A stretch of DNA of 62,461 nucleotides from a virus (lineage: Duplodnaviria; Caudoviricetes): positions 1 through 62,461 of IMG/VR virus record IMGVR_UViG_3300027719_000005; one strand, given 5' to 3'. Every line of letters begins with the position of its first letter. Position 1 is the stretch's first letter. Shown in pieces: positions 17,401 through 29,400 of this stretch. The notes beneath the pieces were generated by a model, which ran no database searches, was not told the DNA's origin, and was given only the letters and a program-made list of their open reading frames with translations. The translations under genes were made by a program, and so were the position numbers.

Positions 17401-20400
17401 TTAACGAGGAAGAAATAGCCCTTGTTCAGAGCAAACTTGATGATCCTGACGAACCACAGGATCAGAAGGAATACTGGGTAGAGGATATTGAAAAGTTAAA
17501 GACCAACCCTAAAAAGTACTGGAGTGAGTTTTTGGTACAGAAAGGAAATACTGCAAGGGAGGATCAAATTCTATCTATTCAGGACTATTACAACAACAAG
17601 CCTATTATTCAAGACCTAGACGCTCACGTTTCGGAGATTGACAAGAAAGCAGAGATTCAGTCCGAGGAGAAGAAAGTTAATATTGAACCTACTGAGGCGC
17701 AGAAAGAGGCAGGAAACTACAAGAAAGGCCATGTGACTATTGGTGGTTTTGATATTACCATTGAGAACCCTAAAGGATCGTTCCGAAAAGGAAAAGATCG
17801 TAGCGGGAAGGAGTGGAAAGTAAAGATGAACAACACCTACGGTTACTTTAAGCGAACCAAAGGGAAGGATGGGGAGCAAATAGATGTATTCCTTGGGGAA
17901 AATCCAGAGACAGGCAGAATATTCGTGGTGGATCAACTGGGAAAATCTGGAAAACTAACCTTATTTGATGAGCATAAGGTTATGATGGGCTTTAAATCCG
18001 AGAAGGAAGCCAAGGAAGCCTATAAATCTAACTACTCAAAGGACTGGGATGGGTTTGGAGCAATTACCGAAATGTCTAGGGAAGAATTTAAGGCGTGGAT
18101 TGGTGATGGTACCCGAACTAAAAACCCTGTAGAGTGGAAACAGAAACAGAAGAAGTCTAACCCTAACGCTTTTCTACCTAAACAGGCCATTGAATTGCTT
18201 AAATCTGATCCAAACAGTATTGATGAGGCCATTATTCAGCATATACTAAACGGAGGTAAGTTTAGCCGGAACGACTATATACGCCATTCAGGGTTTATGG
18301 ATGGCAGTAAGGAGCTTAACACCGCATCGTTTAACGGCCTGATAAACGGAAAAGATCAGGAGGAGGGGATGCAGTTTGATACATTCCTTGGTACACTAGG
18401 GAATGATTTTGGCATGAACGATGGCATTGATTTAACCAACGCTATTGTTGATGTGCTGAAACTTTCCACCAGAGCCAACCTAGCGAGACGATTAATTGAG
18501 GCATCGGGTACCAGTCAGGATAATCACCCACACCTAAACGATGATTACGCTCAAGGATTAGCGGAACAGGAGGAGGCATTGCGTTTAGCGGAGGATGAGT
18601 TAATGAACGAAGTAGCCGTACTTTTTTACTCAAATTATCCTCAAATAACTAACCAAGAATATGCAGAATTATTTAACTTTGGAGAAAATGAATACAATGA
18701 GCAACGAAATGAACCAACAGCCGAAGGAGACATTCGAACAGTTCAAGGAGAGACTGGAGAAGATGGTGGAGTCGATAATGCAGGAGACAGGCAAGACGAA
18801 ACTGGAAGTGTACCGGGAATTGAAGTGGATGGGCGAACAGAAGGCGAAGGAAGTGCAGAAGTAAACCCCCAAAACCAAGTTCCCGAAGTCGGGAATATGG
18901 TAGAATCACAAGAAGTTGATCGTGTTCCTGATACAAAGGAAACGATAGAAACTACAAAAAAAACATTTTTATTCATGTCCGATAGCCCTATGCACCAAGC
19001 AAGGGCTTTAGGTGTGTTAACTAGAAACACAAAGGTAGATGGCGTAGTAATGCCAATTTACCAATGGATTGAAGGATTACCAAGCGGATTAGGGGTAGGA
19101 AAACAAAAGATTTATACCAAAAACGCTAAATCTGACGATGGATCAGTAGAAAAATTAGTCTTAGGAAATTATATTGTAGGTTCAAAAGCAGAACAAGATT
19201 ACTATAACTATATTCAAACTGGGGGTGTTTCTTACACTCAATTCCTTGCAGACAAGAAAGTGCAGGATGAAATCATTGCAGAGAAAAAAAGAATTGAGAA
19301 AGAGGCGCAGGATAAGATATTTGAAGATAAGCGCAGAAATGATAATGAGGCATACAAAAAAGCTAAGGAAGATCAAATAAAAGAACTTATCGAGAAAGGA
19401 AAACAGCCAACAATTGATAAGTTTACCGAATCATTTAAGAATAAAATAAAACAACTTCAATCTAAGCCTCAAACAAGTGCGGTAAAAGAAGAAATAGCCT
19501 ACAATAACAGAATGATAGAGCAAACTATCAGTCAGGTTGAAAGCAGTTACGATATTGCAACAACCATGTATGAAGTTATTGAAGGAGAAGTTAAGCCAAA
19601 ATATACTTTCAGTATAGGGGATAAGGTATTGTTCCCTGCAACAATTGACCACAAACAAACTCTTATTGAAACTGTCATTGAGTCAAGCAGATCGGATAAT
19701 AACGATAAGATTATTTTTAAGGTAGCGAAAAAAGAAGGCATAGTAAATCCATACAGTTCATACGATGGATTGAGACCTGTTATAGATAACGACCAGTCGA
19801 GTCCAGAAAATAAAAACCCTGAGAACGTTTCTAATGTCGATGCAATCAAATCTGTAATATCCTTACAGGACGAGCAGGAAACTACCATTAGTAGGCTTAA
19901 ATCTATTGCGGCTCAACCACAGAAAACCGCCAAGGATAATCAGGACAAGACACAACTAGAATACAAATTAGGACAGATTGAGGAAAAACTTAACAAGGCT
20001 CAAGCCTTAGTTAATATTCCTGCCGAAAAATTACCCGCAGTTACTAAGTTAGTACGACAAGCATTGGCCGAAGAGAAAGCCATTGATGCTAGGATTGAGT
20101 CGTTAAACTCCCAGAAAAAGAACAAGGAGAAGGAATTTAATACCCGCAATGGTGTATTTGGGGATAATAAGGAGATTGCCGACAAAGCAAAAGGGCAACA
20201 ATCCCTATTTGCTGGAGATATATTTGAGGCCAGCACTAACACTTTAGCCAATACCATTAAGCCTATTAACGACAGTATAGCCAAACTGGAGGAGGAGAAA
20301 CAGCGCAATGCTAAAATCCTTACCGATAAGGTTGAACTGGAGTTACAGGGAGCGCAACAGGAGATTAAGGAGGAGGTTAAAGCGGAACCAAAAGGAGACC

Positions 20401-23400
20401 TATTTCTAAAGGCAAGTGAAATTATTGAAACAAGCCCAAAAGGCAGGGTATTGTCAGATATTAATGAATTAATACACACTGCAAAGAACATACAACAATT
20501 AAAACAACTATTAGAACTTCCTTATATAAAACAAACATTCGGGTTGGTTCAAGAAGTTAATAGTGCAATTAACTATCTTGAAAGACATCCTGAAAAGCAA
20601 GAGCAACAGGTTAATCAAAGCGAAAAAGGCGATTTTGACTTTGAGGCTCTTTTTGAAGAAACGCCATCAAATGAAGTCAATGGGAAACAAGAACCGGACA
20701 ACTACGAAGATTGGTATCAAAATAGCAGTTTTTCTAAGAAATGGGCCGCAACTAGAGCTGAGGCTATAGAGAAGGTAAAACAAACCTACATTAATGCTTT
20801 ACGGACAAAGAATGAATGGGAGAGTAAGGATTATAAAAATCACGGAGGAAGCGTAGAGGTTGGTAAAAATAAAGATGATTTCGATGGAGGAAATGTAGGC
20901 ATTGACTATATCAACAATAAGCGAAAAAAAGATGCGATTAGTAATGCAATATCGGATACAGAACAGGCTATTACCGATTTGAAAAGTTTAAAACTGTCAC
21001 AATCGGAGATAGATAATTTTATTTCAAGCATAAGCAAAGCAGAACAGCCAAAAGTTAAGCCCGAATTTGCAGGGAGTGTTCTTGAAACGGAGAGTAAAAC
21101 AGAAAACAAAACCTACTCTATACCAGAAACATTCAACCTATCAACATTCTCCAAATTTAGCACAGAGTTAAGCAATGGTAATGTTCAGGTAGATGATTTT
21201 AAGAAAGCCTTTAACGTACTAATTGAGAGTAAGGCTTCAATTATTGAGGAGTTATCCAAGAAAACAAAAGCGGAGTTACTAGCCAACATGAACAGCATGG
21301 GGCAGTATCGCTACAAGAACGAAAATAAGGACTCTATAGTTAAGGCTTTATTCAGCGATATGCTGATGACGTTTTCTTTTGGTAGTATTTCCTACAATAT
21401 GGGCGAAACCATAGAACAGGCTATAACTAAAAAAGTTGACGCTACTACACAGGAGCAAATTAACGACTATGTGGACGAGACCAAGAAGCGTAGGGAGGAG
21501 TATTTGGAGCGTGTTAAAGCCCACAAGAAAGCACTATCAAACCCAGAAACGCTTGAGGAGTTTAAGGTATTCATTAAGTATAACGGAATTGAGAAACTAT
21601 CTCCAGAGCAAAAGGCTACCTACGATGATTTAGTTACCGACAAGGTACTTGAAAATAGAAGTGACGATGCTAAAAAAGGAGCGATAGTAGAGAAGGTAGA
21701 TTTAGGTGACACAGAAATGTCTATTGCTGAAACTAAGCACACCAAAACTGGCATACCTTTATTTGTTGTTCGTTTATCTGCAAGAATACCTGAGGAACAG
21801 TACAAGGAGTTGAATAAAAAGGCAAAACAACTTGGAGGTTACTACTCATCATACGCAAAAGATGGAGCGATACCGGGTTTTCAATTCAAAACTTTAGAAC
21901 AAGCCCAGGCGTTTAGTGGACTTAAAACTCAGGATGCCTCAAATATTGATATAAAAGAGGAGGTAAAGGAGCAAAAAGTAGAGCAGAAAATCTCCAAACT
22001 AAGGGAGAACGCTCAAAAGATTATAGAGAGGGTTGACTCTGAGTTAAACAGAGACAGGCTAACTAATACTGCAAAGAGAGCAAGAGAAGCCGCTTCTACA
22101 GAGGCTAGGTTGAACGAGGAGAAGCGTATTGCTCAAACCATGCTTAACATTGCCGATGCAATAGAGAATGGAGATGTAAAACTACTCGATGGCATTAAGG
22201 CAAAAACTCACATAGAACTACTGGATAACCTTATTAAATCAGCAAAATACGCTGAAATAAGTAGCAAGGCTGAAAGTTATTCTGATAGACAGAAGTATGA
22301 AGGAGAACCCGCGACACTTGAGACTATTGAATACCTGAAAAATGGATTCTACCCAAGCATTTACGGAACAACGCTGAAAGATGTAATTAACAAGGTTGAG
22401 AACAAGCCCGGATTAAAACAACTTGCGACTAAATGGAGTAAGAAGTTATCTGGACTAGGAGAATACGACAGTTACCAAGTAACAAATGATACAGATATAT
22501 CCGAAATAGAGCAACTATTCAACGGGTTATCAGAGAGCGATAAGAAGTACAACCGTATAGGCACAGTATTAGCCGACTTTAACAGGCTAAAGACAATGGG
22601 TATTGAAAACGACTCCATGCTACGTGCCGCACTTAGGGAGTACATTCAGTTCCGTGGCAAAAAACAGGCTCCTGACAAAGTTAAGGAGTTAGAACGAGCC
22701 ATTGTTGGCCGTGCAAAGAATTTGGGTGTTGACTTCTTTCCGACTCCAGCAGAGACCGCTAAGATGATGGTTGAACTAGCAGGGGTTACTGAGGATATGG
22801 AAATACTTGAGCCAAGCGCAGGGAACGGCAATATAGCAGACCAAATTAAGCAAGTAGGTGTAATGCCTGATGTTATAGAAATATCCTCAGAATTATCCGA
22901 AATACTCAAGGCTAAAGGCTACGATGTAGTGGCAGATGATTTTATGGAGTACACTGAAAAGAAGTACGATAGAATCATAATGAATCCTCCTTTCTCAAAT
23001 GGAATGGATGGAGACCATGTAAAACACGCCTACGAAATACTTAAACCGGGAGGGAAACTTGTTGCTATTGTTGGAGAGGGAACATTTATTAGGAACGATA
23101 AAAAAGCCACAGCATTTAGGGAGTGGCTTGAAGAGGTTGGAGGCAATGAGACTAAACTAGAAAGCGGAACATTCCAAGATAAAACCTTGCTTAATACCAC
23201 TGGAGCAAACGCTAGAATTGTTGTTATCGAGAAAGAAGGTGAATTTATTGATGATACACCAGATGAAACTGTAGATAAACAGGAAGTAGTTAACGAGAAT
23301 GTTTCTCAGGATAAAAAAGAGGTTGAACAAGAACAGTTAGAGGCAGTAGAGCCTATAAATGATATTCAGGACTTTGGGGAGAAGGTAGGAGGAGCCAGAA

Positions 23401-26400
23401 AAGATATGGGTATAACCCGAACCGCAAGGGAAAAGGACTCTATGCCAGCATGGAGAAGAAAGTATGAGTATGCAAACCCTAATGGAACGGTAATGCTAAT
23501 TGGTAAAGTGGACACCTCTAAGCCTTTTATTGTGAACTTCTTTGAGGAAGTAAAAGGCATGATGGGTAAACACAGCCGACAAATTATAGTAAGCGAAGTA
23601 AAGGATGGGTATATTACAAGGAATCCAATGATTTTTAGCTCAGAGGAGGAGGCAGAAAATTACATACCTATATACGAAGTTCACAGACAAGGTTATAAAA
23701 TAAACCAAAAGGGCGATGAATTTGTAATTTACAAACGTGCTTCTACAGGTAAAGCCCTTGAGTTTGATAAATTTCCAACCATTGAGGACGCACAGGCTTA
23801 CATAAACTCCACAGAGGGAGCAACATCTCTTCTTAACAGGAAAAGGGAGTCGTTTAGTATTCCAAGCCTTGAAAGAGTACAACGAACCGGAAAGGACTAC
23901 AGGCAAGGTAAGAACATTTCTACCGATGAGTTTTATAATACATTTGGATTTAGAGGTGGAGAGTTTGGAAAGTGGGTAAAACCAGAGGAGCGACAAGCCC
24001 TTTTAAACATTGCCTACGACTCTTTAATGGATATGGCGAACTTACTAAACCTTCCTCCAAAAGCATTGTCTCTAAACGGTGAACTTTCAATCGCATTTGG
24101 AGCAAGAGGGATTGGTGGACTAGAGGGAGGCGTAAAAGCACACTACGAAGGTAATAGGGCTGTAATAAACATGACCAGACTAAACGGAGCAGGAAGTTTA
24201 GCCCATGAATGGATGCATGCCCTTGATAACTACTTTGGATTGCAGGATGCTAAACAAGATTACTCCAGGGATGATAAAGGCGAACTGATTAGTAAGGATT
24301 ACTTCTTCTCAGAGGTAAAAACCTACAAGGCTGGAATGAGACCAGAACTTAAAAAGGCACTGGAGGAAATTTTGGACAACCTAGTTAAGAAAACCGTTAC
24401 TAGAGATATAGCCCAAGATGCTAAACAAAAACTCTACGATGGGTTTGAAAGGAGTATTTTAGGAGAAGCAGACCGTTTAAAGGCAAAACTGAATAATGGG
24501 GTGCGAACTTATAAATACAACAGAAAGACCAAACAAAGAGAGGAAGTTGTAGTAAAAGCAACCGCAGAGCAACTAGAGAAGGCCAATGCCTTAATAGATA
24601 AAATCACATCAGGCAACTCTGAAAAGCCTAAATGGCAATCCATAACCGCTAATTCTTTTGGTGATTACTCGTATATCAGCGATGATATTAGAGCTCTTGA
24701 CGAGATATATAAATCAGTGTTTGGGGGAACCGGTTTAAAGAGAAACGGCAACGGATATTATAACTTTGGCTATTACGCTGAAAAGTTATACCACATCAAG
24801 GAAGAACTAGAGAAAGCGAAAAACGGAGAGCAGGAAACAGTAAAAATTAAAACGGATTTACTGGATAGCTCCTCACGATTTGACGCATCAAGAGTTAGCC
24901 CTTACTATAGTAAGCCAATTGAAATGCTTGCGAGAGCCTTTGAGCAGTATATGGTAACTAAACTTGGAACAGAAAAGAGCGACTATTTACAGTACGATAA
25001 AAGCCCAGTTTACAAGGCTCTTTACGATATTACTCCATACCCAGAGGGAGAAGAGTTAGAGACATTAAACAAAGCCTTTGACAACCTATTTAGCGCAATT
25101 AAAACCGAGGAGAGGGAGGATGGCAATGTGGTGATGTTTAAAGCCAACAACCCAACCTTTTACCCCAATGCAGAGAAATCCTTAGAGTCATTAAGCGATA
25201 ACAACAGAACACCCGAACAATGGAGAGCCGAACTGCTAAAGAACGGAGCCAAGGAATCTGAGTTAAACTACATGGGATGGAGCCAATTTGTAGAGGGTAA
25301 GAGAACCTTGACAAAAAATGACTTGACAGAATTTGTCAACTCGAATAAGGTGGAGGTGCAAGAGGTTGTAAAACAAACAGAACCTCTTCAAGTAACAAAA
25401 AATGATGCTTTAAAAGCAGAATTGGTTGATGATATGTGGTATGTTGATTTCGGACAAACAACAGTACCTATTAGAAAATTCTCAGCCGAAACAAAAGAAG
25501 AAGCAATTGAACAAGCGGTAGAAGAGTATAATGAAAATATTGGGGAATATAATACAAATGGAAACACCAAATTCGCCCAGTACTCCACCCCCGGAGGCAA
25601 GAACTACAGGGAGGTGTTGCTGACTTTGCCTAGTTTTAAATTACCTCCTAAAGCAGACGATAAATTAAGACTAGAATTGCTATTTGAAAAAAGAAAACGA
25701 ATTACAGAGAGTGAAAATCCAGACCAAGAACAACTAAGAATAATTAATGATAAAATAGAAATTATTTCTAATAGAATTGATGAGTCAAAAGATTTTCGAA
25801 GTTCCCACTTCAACGAACCCAACATAGCCGCCCACGTAAGACTAAGCGAATTTACCGACAAGCAAGGTAGAAGAGTACTGTTAGTAGACGAGGTGCAGAG
25901 TGATTGGGCGCAGAAAGGGAAAAAAGAAGGATTTAAGGTTCCTGCTGAATTTAACGAAGAAGAATTTAAGGATTGGTATGAAAGAGTCAAAACTGACCAA
26001 GAACCAAACTATTCCGACCTGCAAAACGACAATAAGTTTTATAATTACGCCAAGCAAGTATTTCTTGATGAGAAACAGGAGCGCATAGATAGAGATGCTG
26101 TTCCCGATATGCCATTCAAGAAAACCGACCAGTGGGTAGGCTTAGGAATGAAGTGGGCGATACAGTATGCCGCCAAGAATGGTTTTGATGGCGTGGCTTG
26201 GACTACTGGAGAGCAACAGGCCGAGAGGTATGATTTGAGTAAACAGGTGGACAGCATAGCAACAAAGAAAGAAAGGAATGGACTTTATACTATTTTGGGA
26301 AACAAAAATGGCAAACATGTATTTACTCAAATTGATATTCCAGAAAATAAACTTGAAGGAATTATAGGGAAAGACCTTGCCAAAAAAATTATTGATTATC

Positions 26401-29400
26401 ACAACGAAGTATCTTCTGGTTGGCATTCTTTTTCAGGAATTGATTTACAAATAGGCGATGAAGGAATGGTAGCCTTCTACGACAACATTATTCCTTCATG
26501 GGTGAATAAGTACGCTAAGAAATTTGATACCAAAACAACCACTACCGAGATTGATACCACACCTGATATAGTAGAGCATGGTATTGATTTAAACACTGGA
26601 GAGGTAAATAAAACCAAGGAGTATAAACAGGTTCACTACTTACCCATAAGCGACAGCATGGTTAAAACCGTAATGAACGGACAGCCCATGTTCAGAAGTG
26701 CTGGTGATGTACTGAATAATTCTGAAAGCGAGAGAAAGTTCCTAGCAGTTCAGTCAGAATTTAATAGGATTGCCGAACTATCCAATGGAGCCATAACCGC
26801 AGAGTTAGTTAGAACTGTAGATGAACTACCAGAGGTATTAAGAAGGAATGGAATATCGGAAAAAACAATCAATGCAATATCCGAGGATATTAAAAAGAGC
26901 CATATTTCGGGATTCTTTTTAAGGGGCAAAGCCTATGTAATTAGCGACAACGCCATTGATGCAAAAGAGGCTGTAAGAACTCTTATCCACGAAAGAGGAG
27001 TACATGGAGGTATTAGAATATTAATCCCCGATGCAGACACAAGACTTGACTTTTTAGAAAGGGTATATGAGTCGATTGGGGAGGAAGCCTTCAATAAGAT
27101 GCTTCTTGAGAATGGAGGACACCCAGATCAGTATAAAGAAAAAAGTAATTGGGAAAAGGGCGAAGAGTACCTTGCTTTCCTATCCGAAAAGATAATTACC
27201 GAGAAGGATTTAACCCCAAAAGAAAGGGGTGTTTGGGAGTGGCTTAAAAATTATATCAATAATTTAGTAGGTAAAGTGTTGCGTTTTGATGTAAATAGTA
27301 TTAAATTTACTGATAAAGAACTAGCCCACATTGTTAGGGCATCAGTAAGCGCAAACCATGTCACTACTAACATTCCATCTGGAAGAGGAAGAGCAGAAAA
27401 AGAAACGTCACCTTCGTCAGTTCGAGAGGAGAATAGGAACAATAGCGTACTGGAAGGGAGTGACAGAGGAGACGATGTACACGATAACGTACAATATCCC
27501 GATAGCAGAAGATCACGATGCCTCCAGCATATTAAAGATGCGCTCGGAAAAGAACAACTAAACAATCTCCCCTACAATCACGGTACTGGAATAAAATTTG
27601 ACCGCTTTGACATTGGCAAGGTAGGCGCGGGAACTGGAGAAAAAATTCACGGATTCGGTTTATACTTCAACATTACCACTCTGGATAAAGAGGTAGGTAA
27701 GTCATACGCTAGAATGAACACCCTTTACACCCCTCAGGGTATTCAGTACATGAATGATGTAAAGAAGGATGTTGGAGCGTTGGCTCAATCCTATCTTAAT
27801 AAGGCTTTCTTAAAGCATCATGGCCGAGAAACCAAGGAAAGCACTATCAGCGCACTAAAAAAACTACTTGAATTAGCATCAACCGACAATGCAAAAACTA
27901 CACTCAGCAGTTTGATTGCCTACGTGGAGTCAAAACCATTCCCCAATGATAGGTACCTGGTAACAGGAACCATAAAAAGTAACAGGAAGGACTTTAACTT
28001 TTTATCGTGGAATGAACCGCTATTTAAGGATCAGTGGGATGCTATTATAAACAGGCTAAAGGTTGAGCAGTTTAACGAGAATGAGTTTATTGAGAAGATT
28101 GCCAATAACACCTATGCCTATAACATAGACACCAATACCTTTGAGTTTAACGATCCTACCGGAATGAACGCCTACAGAGCGTTATCCGAAGTAGTAGGAG
28201 GCGATGAAATAGCCAGCAATCTACTAAGCAGAGCCGGAATAGATGGAACTATCTACTTTGACAATACCGTAAACGATGGCAACGAAAGAATAGATGTTTG
28301 CTTATTCTCCCATGAAGGGGTTGACATTGAAGATACAGTAATGTTTAGACACGCTGGTGAGTACATTAAGGGTGCAACCAACGAAACAGACCTTTCAAAC
28401 CTTGAGATAGCCCAAGAGTTAATTCAGGACAGAATGTACTCGGTTAGAAAATTGCAGGATATAATCAGCAAAAGAGGAGGTAAGATTGATGACTTCTCCA
28501 ATGTGTATATTCTCGAAAATTTAGCCGCCAGTAAAGCCGATGCCGCAATGGACTCTTTCAGAAATAAACAGTTGAAAGAAATTACCAGCGTTATTGCGGA
28601 GATAATGAGTACTACCGGAGCAACGTATCAGGAAGTTACTGATTATATGATTGCCAAGCATACCCCAGAGCGCAATGAGTATTTTAGGGAGCAAGGACGA
28701 AAAGGTGAGAAATTTGCCGGGGAGTTAAACGACAAGGAGGCCGAGGATATTGTTAAGGCATTTGAGGACAAAATAGGAGAGTTAACCACGTTCAGGCTTT
28801 GGGATGCAATCAGAAAAGCCACCAACTTCACCTTGGATAAATACTTGGAGTATGGGTTTATCAATAAAGCGGATCATACCCATATTAAGGCTAGATGGCA
28901 CTACTATATTCCGCTTAGAGGATGGGCTGTAAAGGATGAGATTGATAGCATTTGGGATTATTCCGATAAGGAATCGGAGGGATCGCTAAACCTGATGAAA
29001 ACAGCCAAGGGAAGAACCAGCAAAGCGGATAATCCACTAGCGCATATTATTAGTATGGCCCACTCTGCAATTGTTACCGGGGAGAAAAATATGATCAAAC
29101 AAGCAACCTTTAGGCTTGCCAATAACAATAAAGAAATGAAAGACCTCTTTGTACCTAAGAAGGTATATCAGGTTATAACTGGAAAAGACTCTGATGGTAA
29201 GGATATAATTACCGAAGTGTACGAAAAACCAGAACAAAAACTATTTGACGAAGGAAAAGTAATTACCAAGACCAACAGAAGTCACCATAGGTTTAGACCT
29301 GTTAACCAGTCAAAGCAAAACGAGGTAACAGCATGGGTTAATGGAGAGAAAGTAGTGGTGGTTTTTGACGATCCAAGGATTGCCAATGCCATAAACTACA

